From an uncultured delta proteobacterium (lineage in GTDB: Bacteria; Desulfobacterota; Binatia; UBA9968): a stretch of DNA of 64,000 nt. This document shows, one piece after another, positions 1-10,115 of this stretch (positions within the stretch are counted from its first letter, which is position 1; each line of letters begins with the position of its first letter). The DNA is taken from NCBI GenBank assembly GCA_963755715.1, contig CAVWLW010000026.1, positions 101,910 through 165,909 of the forward strand. Reading direction: 5' to 3'. The translations under genes and the position numbers were made by a program. The notes below the pieces were generated by a model. That model did no database searches and had not been told where the DNA came from. It worked only from the letters and a program-made list of their open reading frames with translations.

Positions 1-1266
1 TACGGCGAGCTCTACGACGCGAGCCGCGCCGAGGCGGCGATCCCGGAGATGGCGGGCGAGCGCGCCAAGGCGCTTTCCAATCAATTCGTCATGGACATGC
101 ACACCCATTTTCTGCGCGACGACACGCGCATCACCAACTTCGTGCGCCAGCGCGAAGCCGTCGGCAAAGCAGGCTGGAATCCGGCATTGCAAGGCAAACC
201 GCAGACTATCGAAGATCTCAAGTTCGCCAACTATTTTAAGGAAGTGTTTCTCGACAGCGACACCAAAGTCGCCTGCATCAGCGGTTCGGCATCGGAAGAT
301 CCGCGCGATTGGTTCCTGACGAATGAAATGAAGTTCGATGCGCGCGCCAAGGTCAACAAAGAAGCCGGCACCAAGCGCATGTTCTCCCACGCGATCATGA
401 CACCGGGCTGGCCGGGCTGGCTCGACAAGGTCGATGAGGAGATGGAGAAGCTCAAACCCGATTCGTGGAAGGGTTACACCATCGGCGACAACACCAACAA
501 GAATCTTTCGAAACACCCCTATCGGCTCGATAACGAGAAACTCATGTATCCGTTTTACGAGCGGTTGGTGAAATGGAGCAAGGACCATCCGGGTGTGGTC
601 AATGTTTGTATTCATAAGGGATTGTTCCCGCCATCGGTCGAGCAGCAGTTCCCCCATCTGGTCGGCTACTGTCACGTCGGCGATGTGGGTAAGGCGGCAA
701 AGGATTGGCCGCAGTTGAATTTCATCATCTATCATTCTGCCTACCGTTGGGCCGGCGGCGGCACCGCCGAGGAAGCTTTGGAGCAACTGAACCGCACCGG
801 ACGCATCGAGTGGGTTAACGATCTTGCCGAAATACCAGAGCAATACGGCGTAAAAAATGTTTACGGCGACCTTGGCCAGATCTTCGCCCAGAGCACGATG
901 GCCGATCCGCGGATCTGCGCCTTCATGATGGGCACGTTAGTCAAAGGGCTGGGCTCCGATCACGTGGTGTGGGGGTCGGACGCCGTGTGGACCGGCTCGC
1001 CGCAGTGGCAGATCGAAGCGCTGCGCCGTTTGGAAATCCCCGAGGAGATGCAGAAAAAACATGGCTTCAAGCCGCTCGGCCCGGCGGACGGCCCGGTCAA
1101 GCGCGCGATTTTCGGCGAAAACAACGCTCGCCTGTATCATTTCAACGCGCAGCAGCGCTCGGCGCTGGATAATGATCGCTTTGCGCAGCTGAAAGAGGAT
1201 TACGAGAGGAACGGCGCCGCGCGCAGCAATCTCACCTACGGCTATATTTACAAACCGAAGGTTTGA
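1..1266 (+). CDS. Amidohydrolase family protein (Amidohydro_2-like), 5' end truncated by the window edge
   Basis: Frame is open from base 1 (YGELYDASRAEAAIPEM...). Metal-binding motifs DMHTH, CIHKG, YHSA and WGSD. Confidence 0.85.
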   Translation, partial: YGELYDASRAEAAIPEMAGERAKALSNQFVMDMHTHFLRDDTRITNFVRQREAVGKAGWNPALQGKPQTIEDLKFANYFKEVFLDSDTKVACISGSASEDPRDWFLTNEMKFDARAKVNKEAGTKRMFSHAIMTPGWPGWLDKVDEEMEKLKPDSWKGYTIGDNTNKNLSKHPYRLDNEKLMYPFYERLVKWSKDHPGVVNVCIHKGLFPPSVEQQFPHLVGYCHVGDVGKAAKDWPQLNFIIYHSAYRWAGGGTAEEALEQLNRTGRIEWVNDLAEIPEQYGVKNVYGDLGQIFAQSTMADPRICAFMMGTLVKGLGSDHVVWGSDAVWTGSPQWQIEALRRLEIPEEMQKKHGFKPLGPADGPVKRAIFGENNARLYHFNAQQRSALDNDRFAQLKEDYERNGAARSNLTYGYIYKPKV

Positions 1267-1280
1267 GTTTTTCCGACTTT

Positions 1281-1310
1281 GGCGGCACCGTCGATCGACG
1301 GTGCCGCTAC
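1281..1310 (-). repeat. GTAG-type REP-like palindrome
   Basis: Minus strand reads GTAGCGGCACCGTCGATCGACGGTGCCGCC, a perfect stem right after the stop codon. Confidence 0.6.
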
Positions 1311-1328
1311 TCGCGACAAAGCAATTTC

Positions 1329-2210
1329 ATGTCAAATGAGTTAAAAATTCTCAGCGCCGGGGCGGTGAAACCCGGACTGACCAAAGTCATCGATGCGTTT
1401 CAACGCGACAGCGGCAACAGAGTCCAAGTCTCTTTCGCGACGGCTCCGGCGATTCTGAAGCAAATTGGCGAGAGCGAATCAGTCGATGTCGTGATCGCGC
1501 CGCCCGGCTTGCTCGAACAGCTCGTGAAATCCGGAAAATACGCGGCGCGCAAGGCGATAACTCTTGGCCGAATTGGCGTCGGCGTTTTGGTGCGCAATGG
1601 TGAGCCATTGCCGGACATTTCCAACGTCGACGGCTTCAAGCAGTCGCTACTCGGCGCGGAGTCCGTGGTTTACAACCAAGCTTCGACCGGGACCTATCTT
1701 GAGACGCTTTTCGAATCGCTCGGCATCGGCGCGTCGATCAGAGACAAAGCGACACGTTATCCTGATTTCGCCGCCGTCCTCGATCACGTCAGCAAGGGCA
1801 AGGGCCGTGAAATCGGTCTGGGCGCGACCACCGTCATCATCGAGAACGAGAACCGTGGAGTAAAATTCGCCGGCCCGCTGCCGGCTGAGATTCAGAACTA
1901 CACAACTTACGTCGCGGCTCTCATCGCCGACGACCGAGGTTGCACAGCAGTTCATGCGTTTCCTCGCATCCCCGACCGCAAAAGTCCTTCTTACCGCCGC
2001 CGGCATTCAGTAGCGAAGGCACACAACATCTCGGTTGGAATCACCGCGGAGGCACAGAGTTCGCAGAGATTATTTTACTCGTCCCCTCTGCGTTCTCTCG
2101 TCTCTGCGGTAAATCGTTGTTTTTGGGTTACGGTATCGCCGTGCAGGACACTTCACAGCGAAATCCTTAAGCGGTATTATCCAGCCGTCTCGAACGACAA
2201 CGTCGCATAG
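1329..2210 (+). CDS. ModA-like (molybdate-type, SBP_bac_11) substrate-binding protein; C-terminus probably frameshifted near 1960
   Basis: MSNELKILSAGAVKPGL...FATAPAI...LGRIGVGVLVR...GPLPAEIQNYTTY. The tail after AVHAF looks off-frame and runs through a palindromic repeat. Confidence 0.75.
   Translation: MSNELKILSAGAVKPGLTKVIDAFQRDSGNRVQVSFATAPAILKQIGESESVDVVIAPPGLLEQLVKSGKYAARKAITLGRIGVGVLVRNGEPLPDISNVDGFKQSLLGAESVVYNQASTGTYLETLFESLGIGASIRDKATRYPDFAAVLDHVSKGKGREIGLGATTVIIENENRGVKFAGPLPAEIQNYTTYVAALIADDRGCTAVHAFPRIPDRKSPSYRRRHSVAKAHNISVGITAEAQSSQRLFYSSPLRSLVSAVNRCFWVTVSPCRTLHSEILKRYYPAVSNDNVA
2043..2110. repeat. Intergenic palindromic element (ACCGCGGAG..CGCAGAG / CTCTGCG..CTCTGCGGT)
   Basis: Nested inverted repeats 2043-2051/2102-2110 and 2062-2068/2086-2092. 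A related half-element lies at 30908-30930. Confidence 0.55.
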
Positions 2211-2692
2211 CGCATAAAGATGCCGCCGCGCGGCTCGGCGAGCGGGCCGTTCGCCACCAGGCAAGCGATGACATGCTTGGTTCCCGGCGCGGCCTTGTTG
2301 TCTACTTCTACGCGCTGCGATGCATTGATGCCCACGATCACCCCGGTGGCGCGGTCGATCCTGCCGTCGATCCACACCTCGCCATAGTTATCGACGTTGG
2401 TTTCAAACCAGACGCGAAAACCGGCGACATCGACGCCGTTGACTTTTTCGGGCAGCTCGACGGTGATGCGGTACCAGGCGAAGGTGAATCCCTTCGAGAT
2501 GCTCTTGCGGATGTTGGCGCAGATCTCCCAGCCGGAGTCGTCGTAATCCGGCAAACGGGCGGGCGTGTTCAGCAGCTGCGCGGTAAGTCCTTCGTTAGGC
2601 TGACCGGGCACAAGGCCATGGCCGACGCGCCATTGTCCTTTGATCTTGCGACAGTCTTCAGCATTATTGAGATCTAGAGTGATTCTCGGCAT
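2177..2692 (-). CDS. Hypothetical protein with a galactose-binding-like domain (resembles the GH2 N-terminal sugar-binding module)
   Basis: PDYDDSGWE...AWYRITVELP...FETNVDNYGEVWIDG...VIACLVANGP pattern; RBS AAGGAG upstream. Confidence 0.6.
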   Translation of the reverse strand: MPRITLDLNNAEDCRKIKGQWRVGHGLVPGQPNEGLTAQLLNTPARLPDYDDSGWEICANIRKSISKGFTFAWYRITVELPEKVNGVDVAGFRVWFETNVDNYGEVWIDGRIDRATGVIVGINASQRVEVDNKAAPGTKHVIACLVANGPLAEPRGGIFMRYATLSFETAG

Positions 2693-2849
2693 GGCATTCT
2701 CCTTCTCGCTCGATGACTCCGTCCATGCAGCACCCTATGCCCAGCCATTGTTCCGTTGCAAGGCAAAATTTCTCTCTGCAAACCCCCGCGCCTCTGCCGA
2801 TTAGTCTTCCCGAGCGAGGCGCAGAGGTTTAGATTTCAAGGATGGTCGA

Positions 2850-3476
2850 TCAGATGCCGCCTTTGCCGAGAAGATTCTTTTCTTGGAGGGTTTTCATCAC
2901 CGCTTCGACGTACGATTTGATCGCGGTTCGCTCATTTTCCAGCTCCGTCGTTTTGATCGTGCCGGTCCAGACGATTTCGTTCTTGCCTAAGTCCTGCAGG
3001 GTAGTTTCCGAAACATATTCGTTATAGTGGTAAACAGTCGGCGCGCCGCCCATACCAGACCAGCTGGCGCCGACGTTTGAACCAAAAATACCGAACGAGG
3101 TATTGGGAAAATAACCCGGCCCGTACTGACTCTTCTGCTCCACCCGAATCAGCCGGGCGAAAAGCAGCGCGTCCGCGCCAGCCTTCAACGCCGCCTCTTT
3201 GAGCGCAACCTCATCGATTTTCTCGCTGTCGGGAGTGAATTGATAACTAGCCAATGCATCGATACCGGCGGGCCGGAGTTGCGCAACGAATTCATCTTCG
3301 AAGTTGCGCCGGACGCTGGTGTCCCCACCTAAAACGCCGACCATGATCCGCTTGAAGGAACCCGAGGTGTAGGCAGGATTGCGCCATTCACTGACAATCG
3401 GCGTAGTGGCCGAGCATGCGCCGAACACAAGCACCATGAAGAGCATTCCCAACGTATGCAACGATAAATTTCTCAT
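2850..3476 (-). CDS. Putative lipoprotein (DUF4136-like)
   Basis: Hydrophobic N-terminus with lipobox FGAC; RRNFEDEFV and IVWTG motifs. Confidence 0.6.
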   Translation of the reverse strand: MRNLSLHTLGMLFMVLVFGACSATTPIVSEWRNPAYTSGSFKRIMVGVLGGDTSVRRNFEDEFVAQLRPAGIDALASYQFTPDSEKIDEVALKEAALKAGADALLFARLIRVEQKSQYGPGYFPNTSFGIFGSNVGASWSGMGGAPTVYHYNEYVSETTLQDLGKNEIVWTGTIKTTELENERTAIKSYVEAVMKTLQEKNLLGKGGI

Positions 3477-3754
3477 AAGTTTTACTCCCAGAGCGCGTGA
3501 AGCGCATTTCGAACCGTGTAGCGCCAAAACATTGTACCACTCGACAAAGACATTTCGAACTACCAGTTCGGCTGATCTAGTCCCTTTTCGCCGCCGCCGG
3601 GAATGGGGTTTCATGAAGTCGCATGAAATGAGAGATTCGGATCAAAGTGAACCTGTATCAATCTGCCGCGCAGCTTGACAGAGCCATGTAGTTATTGTGA
3701 GAATCGGCTTCGTCCCAGAAAAATCTCAACTGCGCATCACACAAGGAGAACAGA

Positions 3755-4892
3755 ATGGCGAAAACCAAGATCTCAGCCGACGATCACATCGACTTGGGAT
3801 ATTTACCCAGAGACTTATGGACAGCGCGCCTGCCCAAAAGCTTGCTGGAACGCGCGCCGCACGTCGAAGATCGCGGCGAGAAGGGCGAGTACTGGGTGTG
3901 CGACGGCGAGACCTGGGCGGACTATCGCGGCGAGCGCTGGTTCGCCAGGATCCAATCGTACCCGGCTCGCTCTCGATCGGGGCGGCGTCGGTGAAGCGCA
4001 CCGTCCGACGACGACGGACAAACGGATTACGGATATGGATCGCGACGGCGTCGAAGCGTCGCTTATGTTTCCGCCGATCATCGCCATGCAGGTAGGCGAG
4101 CCCGAATTGAGAAACGCTTGCGTGCAAGCTTACAACGATTGGGCGCTGGACTTCGGCAAGACCGCGCCGAAGCGCTTCTTTCCCGTCGCCATGCTCTCCT
4201 CGGTCGATGCCGAGGCGGCGCGAGACGAAGTCGTCCGGGTGGCCAAGCTGGGCTTTCGCGAAGCGAACTTTCTCGTCAATGACGTTACACTTGAGATGAA
4301 CCTAAAACCGTGGGACGTGTTTTGGGACGCGGCCGAAGAGGCTGGCATCGTCGTATCCTACCACGTCGGCGGCAGCACTCAGACGGGCACGGTCCGAGCG
4401 ACGATCGACGCCGTCAAACCGGGCGAGCGCCAGGGCGTTTTCGACATGGGGCTGAGCAACGGCGCCACTTCTTTTTTCAATCCCTTCGTCAATATGTTCA
4501 ACTTCGGCACCTTGGAACGCCATCCCAAGTTGAAGTTCTGCCTTGCCGAATCCGCCATCGGCTGGATCCCGTTCGTCGTGCAGGAGATGGATTACCGCTA
4601 CAAGCGGCAATTCGAGCGGCGGAAAGCCGCCGAGATTCCCCTGAAAAATATGCCGAGCGAGATCTTCAAACGTCAAGTTTGGGCGACTTTTCAAACCGAC
4701 TTGGTGGGACTGCATCTGATCCAATTTTTCGGGGAAGGCCATATCATGTGGGGCTCGGACTATCCGCATCCCGACAGCACCTGGCCGTTCTCCGAGGAAA
4801 TTATCACAAAGGACTCCGGCCATCTGACGGACGAAATGAAAAACAAAGTCTACCGTGAAAACGCCGCCGCGTTATACGGACTATATAGCTAG
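3755..4892 (+). CDS. Amidohydrolase family protein, frameshift near 3955
   Basis: N-part MAKTKISADDHID (ORF 3755) joins C-part DMDRDGVEASLMFP...AYNDW...YHVG...AES...WGSDYPHPD; RBS AAGGAG. Confidence 0.85.
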
Positions 4893-4966
4893 TTCCAGGT
4901 TACGGGTTTCGAGTTGAACCCGACCTGAAACCCGTCACAATCACTAGCCTTCGGAAAGGGTAACCC

Positions 4967-6088
4967 GTGGCAAAAAACGGATTTAAGATCATCGACAGCG
5001 ACATGCACATCATGGAGCCGCCGGATTTGTGGGAGAAATATATCGACAAAAAATTTCGAGACCGCGCGCCGCGCGGCGTGACCAGTAAGAACGTGCGCGA
5101 CCTGCGCTTGGTCCATCCCGACGGCACCGAATGGGCGCACAAATCGACGCCGAAAAACGATACGTCCCGGGGCAAAAATTTCGAAGCGAAACAGGATATC
5201 TTCGGCAACGATGCCGCGCGCGGCTGGACCTCCGAAGTCCAGCTCGAAGCGATGGACATCGAGGGCATCGACATCGCCGTTCTCTACCCCACTCGGGGGT
5301 TAAGAGCGCTAGTGGACGATCGACTGGACGCCGAGTTCGCCGCTGCAATCGCGCGCGCTTACAACGATTGGATGTATGACTTCTGTCAGCAGGACCCAAA
5401 GCGCTTGATCGGCGCCGGCATGATCTCGCCCTACAGCATGGAAGACGCGGTGAGCGAAGCGCGCCGCTGCGCCGAGCAACTCGGCTTTCGCGCGATTTTT
5501 CTGCGCGCCAATCCTTTGGTCGATCACCAGTGGCAAAGCGATTATTACGACCCTTTGTGGGACGCTTTGGAAGCGCTCAATCTGTCCCTCGGCTTTCATG
5601 AATCGACCGGCACCGGTAAGAACCAGGTCGGCGAGCGCCTCGAGCCCAATTTCATGCTGCGCCGAGTCTTCGCCCAGCCGATCGAGCAAATGCTCGCTCT
5701 GGGCTGCTTCTGCGGCGGCGGCGTGTTCGCGCGCCACCCGAAACTGCGCGTGGCATTTTTGGAAGCCAACTGCAGTTGGCTGCCCTGGCTTTTGTGGCGT
5801 CTTGACGAGGCCTGGGAATTGGACGGCGATGTCTTCGCGCCGGATCTAAAAATGAAGCCCAGTGACTACTTCAAGCGCCACTGCGTCGTCTCGATCGAGC
5901 CCGACGAAGTGATCGCCAACAACGTCATCGAGCAAGTCGGCAACGGCCATTTGGTTTTTTCTACGGACTATCCGCACGTCGATTCTCGATATCCCGAGGC
6001 GGTCAATCATTTTCTCAAGCTGCCGCTCGCCGAGGCCGACAAACGAAAAATCCTCTGGGATAACTGCGCGGCATACTACGCGATGTAA
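4967..6088 (+). CDS. Amidohydrolase family protein
   Basis: IDSDMHIMEP, AYNDW, GFHE, FLEANCSW and FSTDYPH motifs. Confidence 0.9.
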   Translation: MAKNGFKIIDSDMHIMEPPDLWEKYIDKKFRDRAPRGVTSKNVRDLRLVHPDGTEWAHKSTPKNDTSRGKNFEAKQDIFGNDAARGWTSEVQLEAMDIEGIDIAVLYPTRGLRALVDDRLDAEFAAAIARAYNDWMYDFCQQDPKRLIGAGMISPYSMEDAVSEARRCAEQLGFRAIFLRANPLVDHQWQSDYYDPLWDALEALNLSLGFHESTGTGKNQVGERLEPNFMLRRVFAQPIEQMLALGCFCGGGVFARHPKLRVAFLEANCSWLPWLLWRLDEAWELDGDVFAPDLKMKPSDYFKRHCVVSIEPDEVIANNVIEQVGNGHLVFSTDYPHVDSRYPEAVNHFLKLPLAEADKRKILWDNCAAYYAM

Positions 6089-6301
6089 AATACGCCGTCG
6101 GTTTCCAAATAATCCCTTGTGGCGTCATGCTCCGATTTAATAACGTCACGCCAACCCATCTGACGGGATTCAGCGGCGCCGGCGAACGAGTGACTTACCG
6201 AGAGTCCGTTAGAATGAGGGCGGCGGCGGCACATGAATAGTCCTACTGGGAATCGATAACCAAACACAGCCGATATTTGCCAACAATCGAGGAGAAGAGA
6301 A

Positions 6302-7105
6302 ATGGCTTTACGCATCAACGGCTCGGAATTTTATGCGATCGACTCGCATTCTCATTTAGGACGACGCAAGACTCCATTGGGACATGGCGTGGCAAGCTTT
6401 CTCGGCGACGATTTGGTGCGCAATCTTGATGAGGCGGGCTTGGACTGCGCGGTAGCATTTCCCTTGGGCGCGTCCTACACCGACTACTCCGAAGCGAACC
6501 AGATCATGGCCGAAGAAATGGCCAAGTATCCGAAACGGATCATCAGTTTTTGCCGGATCAATCCCAATTTTGGTCCGGAAGCTACGGCGAAGTCTCTCGA
6601 CCATTGTCTCGGCACATTGAAACTAAAAGGCATTAAGCTTCATCCGGAAATCGAGTTCTTCGATCCCAACGAAGCCGAGTTGATGGAGCCCATCTATGAC
6701 GCGGCGCGCCGCTATCATGTGCCGATTATTTTTCACACGGGGATGTCGAGCAAAGCATCGCCCGGAGTGATCGCCGAGCTGGCCGCCCAGCATAAGGATG
6801 TGCCCGTCATTCTCGGACACATGGGCGTGTCGGAATATGTAAAACTGGCGGTGGCCGTCGCCCGGCAGAACGAAAACATATTTTTGGAAACGTCGGTCGT
6901 CGGTTGGATGCCGCTTCTTCTCGAAGCGTTTCGCGGCGTCGGCACCAGCAAAATTCTCTTCGGCTCCGATCACCCGTATAATCCTCTAGCCATGGAAGTC
7001 GAGAAAATCGCCAAGCATGTAACGAAAGCCGCCAAGCTCAAAGAAGACGACTTGAAGAAAGTGTTTGCCGACAATTTTCTATCCATCTTGAAGCACGATC
7101 GTTAA
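6302..7105 (+). CDS. Amidohydrolase family protein (short TIM-barrel metal-dependent hydrolase)
   Basis: IDSHSHLG, GIKLHP, FHTG, LGHMG and FGSDHP motifs; RBS GAGGAG. Confidence 0.9.
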   Translation: MALRINGSEFYAIDSHSHLGRRKTPLGHGVASFLGDDLVRNLDEAGLDCAVAFPLGASYTDYSEANQIMAEEMAKYPKRIISFCRINPNFGPEATAKSLDHCLGTLKLKGIKLHPEIEFFDPNEAELMEPIYDAARRYHVPIIFHTGMSSKASPGVIAELAAQHKDVPVILGHMGVSEYVKLAVAVARQNENIFLETSVVGWMPLLLEAFRGVGTSKILFGSDHPYNPLAMEVEKIAKHVTKAAKLKEDDLKKVFADNFLSILKHDR

Positions 7106-7171
7106 ATCCGCGAGCAGACACGGCTCGCATGCCGTGCTTCCCAACGAATTTCACAACTATCTGGAGGCTGA

Positions 7172-8188
7172 ATGAGACCATCCGAGAAATCGCTTAGATT
7201 CAATTTATCGACAATCAAAACAGTTGCTTTTTTAGGTCTGTTTTTTGCGGTCGTCTTCGGCGCATTCCGAGCACATGGAGGCGATGCCCCCGCAGTGCGG
7301 GCGAACTACGCGGCCATCAGCGGCGCCTTTGCTCCGTTGTGGATCGCGGCCGATAAAAATTTATTCAGCAAATACGGCTTGAACGTCGATCTCCGCTACA
7401 TCGCCCCCGCCACGGCCACTCAAGCCCTCATCGGCAAAAATCTCGACATCATCAATCCCGGCGGTGAAATCGTCGAAGCGGGATTGAACGGCGAGCCGGT
7501 CGTCTATATCGCCGGCATTATGAATCGAGCCGTGATGTCCATTTATGCGAAACCGGAAATAGCTTCGCTGGCCGATCTGAAAGGCAAGGTGTTGGCAGTG
7601 ACCGTGCCGGGCGCGACTACCGACTTCGCCGCTCGGGTTCTGCTCCAGCAGGCGCACCTGACGCCGGGCAAAGACGTCAAGTTAATCTATCTGAAAGGCA
7701 TGGCGGAGATCCTGGCCGGCATCAATCAGGGAAACGCGGATGCCGGCATCTTCACTTCACCGACGACTTTGAAGGCGCAACACGCCGGATTGAAGGAATT
7801 GGTCAACGTCACCGAGCAGAATATTCCGATGATTCACGCCGCCCTCGCTAGCACCAAGGAATATGTCAAGACGCGCCGCGACGACGCGCGGCGGTTTTTG
7901 CAAGCGTATCTCGAAGGCATCAAGATTTCCCGCACCGATCCCGATTACACCAAACAAATTATCGGCAAGTATACCAAGACCACCGATGTGGCCGACTTGG
8001 AAAATTCCTATCAGACGTTCTTACCGGCCTGGGAAAGATTGCCGCTAGTCCCGGCCGCGGCTGTGCAAACGATGCTCAATTTCGCGACACATCCCACGGC
8101 GAAGACGGCGAAGCCTGAAGCGTTCATCGACAATTCCGTCCTCGCGGAGATCGGCAAGTCGGGCTTTGTCGATCGGCTTTACAAGTAG
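7172..8188 (+). CDS. ABC substrate-binding protein, NMT1/SsuA/TauA family
   Basis: Signal peptide; PLWIA..KNLFSKYGLNV, DLKGK, FIDNS.L.E motifs. Confidence 0.85.
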   Translation: MRPSEKSLRFNLSTIKTVAFLGLFFAVVFGAFRAHGGDAPAVRANYAAISGAFAPLWIAADKNLFSKYGLNVDLRYIAPATATQALIGKNLDIINPGGEIVEAGLNGEPVVYIAGIMNRAVMSIYAKPEIASLADLKGKVLAVTVPGATTDFAARVLLQQAHLTPGKDVKLIYLKGMAEILAGINQGNADAGIFTSPTTLKAQHAGLKELVNVTEQNIPMIHAALASTKEYVKTRRDDARRFLQAYLEGIKISRTDPDYTKQIIGKYTKTTDVADLENSYQTFLPAWERLPLVPAAAVQTMLNFATHPTAKTAKPEAFIDNSVLAEIGKSGFVDRLYK

Positions 8189-8295
8189 GCGCAAAACTCG
8201 ATATGAGATGCCCAAACGGCATTGGCCTTGACCCGAAATCCGCGCCGCGGGGGAGGACAGCCTGTTCTGAGCCCCGATCGAAAGAAACTGGGGAC

Positions 8296-8330
8296 TTGAA
8301 CGATTGGAACGACTGAAACGCTTGGGACGG
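8296..8330. repeat. Short tandem 9-mer repeat (yTGAACGr family)
   Basis: TTGAACGA TTGGAACGA CTGAAACGC TTGGGACGG. The same unit recurs at 37414-37438 and 38764-38790. Confidence 0.5.
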
Positions 8331-8351
8331 GACGACCTTCAAGGATTAGAG

Positions 8352-8894
8352 ATGCCACGCTTACCTGAAATCGACGCAACCCAACTCTCTCCCGAACAGC
8401 ACGTGATTTACGACCGGCTGATGCGCGAGCGCGGCCATATGCGCGGGCCCTTCGCCGTCTGGCTGCGTAACGCCGAGCTGTGCGAGAACACGCTCAAGTT
8501 ACAAGAAATGTTCGCTTCGCGCGTGAACCTCGAACGGCGCTTGCTCGAGTTGATGATTCTCGTCGCCGCGCGTTTCGCCACCGCGCAGTATGCCTGGTTC
8601 ATCCACGAGCCCCACGCGCTCAAGTTCGGTATCGCGCCCGAGATTGTCCAAGCCATCCGCGAGCGCCGCGTGCCGGATTTCACCCGCGACGACGAACGGT
8701 TGGTTTACGACATCACGATGGAGCTCAACACCACCCGAACGTTGTCCGACGCAAGCTACCAACGCGGCATGGCGCTGTTCGGCGAACAAGTGATGGTCGA
8801 GCTCGTCAGCGCGATCGGCTTCTACTCCATGGTCGCCATGACGCTCAACGCCTTCGCCGTGTCCGTGCCCGGTGACAAGGAACCATTTGCTTAG
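8352..8894 (+). CDS. Carboxymuconolactone decarboxylase / AhpD-like family protein
   Basis: RGPFAVWLRN, ELMILVAAR..AQYAWFIH, VELVSAIGFYSMVAMTLNAF. Confidence 0.8.
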   Translation: MPRLPEIDATQLSPEQHVIYDRLMRERGHMRGPFAVWLRNAELCENTLKLQEMFASRVNLERRLLELMILVAARFATAQYAWFIHEPHALKFGIAPEIVQAIRERRVPDFTRDDERLVYDITMELNTTRTLSDASYQRGMALFGEQVMVELVSAIGFYSMVAMTLNAFAVSVPGDKEPFA

Positions 8895-8953
8895 AAGCAT
8901 CAAATGGGAGCCTCTCTCGGACAAGCAATCACCGTTACTCGCAATTTTTTAAT

Positions 8954-10004
8954 ATGAAGGCCCTCATCGCCACCCTTTTCGTCCTACCCCTCATCGTCAA
9001 CGCACCCGTATGGAGCCAAGCCAATAAACCATCGTCTGCGGCCGATTTAGCCGCCTACATCGGGTCGGATCGCGAGCGCTTGCTGCTCGATGGCGCCAAA
9101 CGCGAAGCCAAAGTCGTCTGGTACACGACTCTGGCCGCTGAGCAAAACAAGCAAATCGCCGGCGCATTCGAAGCAAAATATCCCGGTGTAAAAGTCGAGA
9201 CGTTTCGCACCGGATCGTCGGCGCTCGCGCAAAGACTCCTCACCGAGGCCAAAGCGAAGCGCCACATCGCTGATGCGATCGAAACGACGCTGCCGGGTTT
9301 GCTGACCTTCCGTGATAATCAGTTGCTGCTGCCTTATACTTCGCCGCACCTCGGCGGATTTCCCGACGACGCCAAGGAAAATGGGCCAAAGAATCTCGTT
9401 TACTGGACTATCGCGCGTGAATCGTACATCGGATTCGCTTATAACAAGAATTTTTTGAACGCGGCCGACGTGCCGAAAAACTTTGATGGGCTTCTCCGAC
9501 CCTGGGCTGAAAGATAATATGGGATTATCCGGCGACGACACCGGCGCGCGCATCGTCGGCGCCATGGTGAAGACCAAAGGCGATGGTTTTGTTAAAAAAC
9601 TAAAAGAACAAAACATCAGAATGCACATGATGGCCGGCAGCGCTCTCACTCAGCTTGTCGCCGCGGGAGAAATCTTCGCATCGCCGAGCCAGTTCTACAG
9701 CGCCACCAACGTCGCCGCCAAACGCGGCGCACCGGTGGCTTGGGTGCCGATGGATCTGGTCGTCGCCAACGCCGGCGGCGCGGCGGTATACGTGAACGCG
9801 CCGCGGCCGCACTCTGCGCTTCTTTTTGCCGATTTTCTCTTGAGTCCCGAGGGACAAAAATTGCTCGAAGATTTGTACTTCGGCAGCGCCAAGAAAGATT
9901 ATGGATTTAAGCGTTGGTATCCGGAAAAAGGCGGGACAATAGCCCAATACGAAGAAGCGTTGGAAGGCTGGCACAAACTGCTCAAGGAAGTCACTCGGAA
10001 GTGA
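8954..10004 (+). CDS. Extracellular solute-binding protein (Fe3+/AfuA-like, SBP_bac_6), frameshift near 9505
   Basis: GAKREAKVVWYTT..FEAKYPGVKV in ORF 8954 continues into GAPVAWVP..APRPHSALLFADFLLSPEGQ in ORF 9483. Confidence 0.8.
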
Positions 10005-10115
10005 CGCGACCGTTTAATAAACTTAGATCAAGGGACCGCTCAATAAGCGATGTCGTGTGTGCGGGGCGTACACCAAAGTTTGGCGAACTAACAATTACAC
10101 CGCGCATGAACGACT

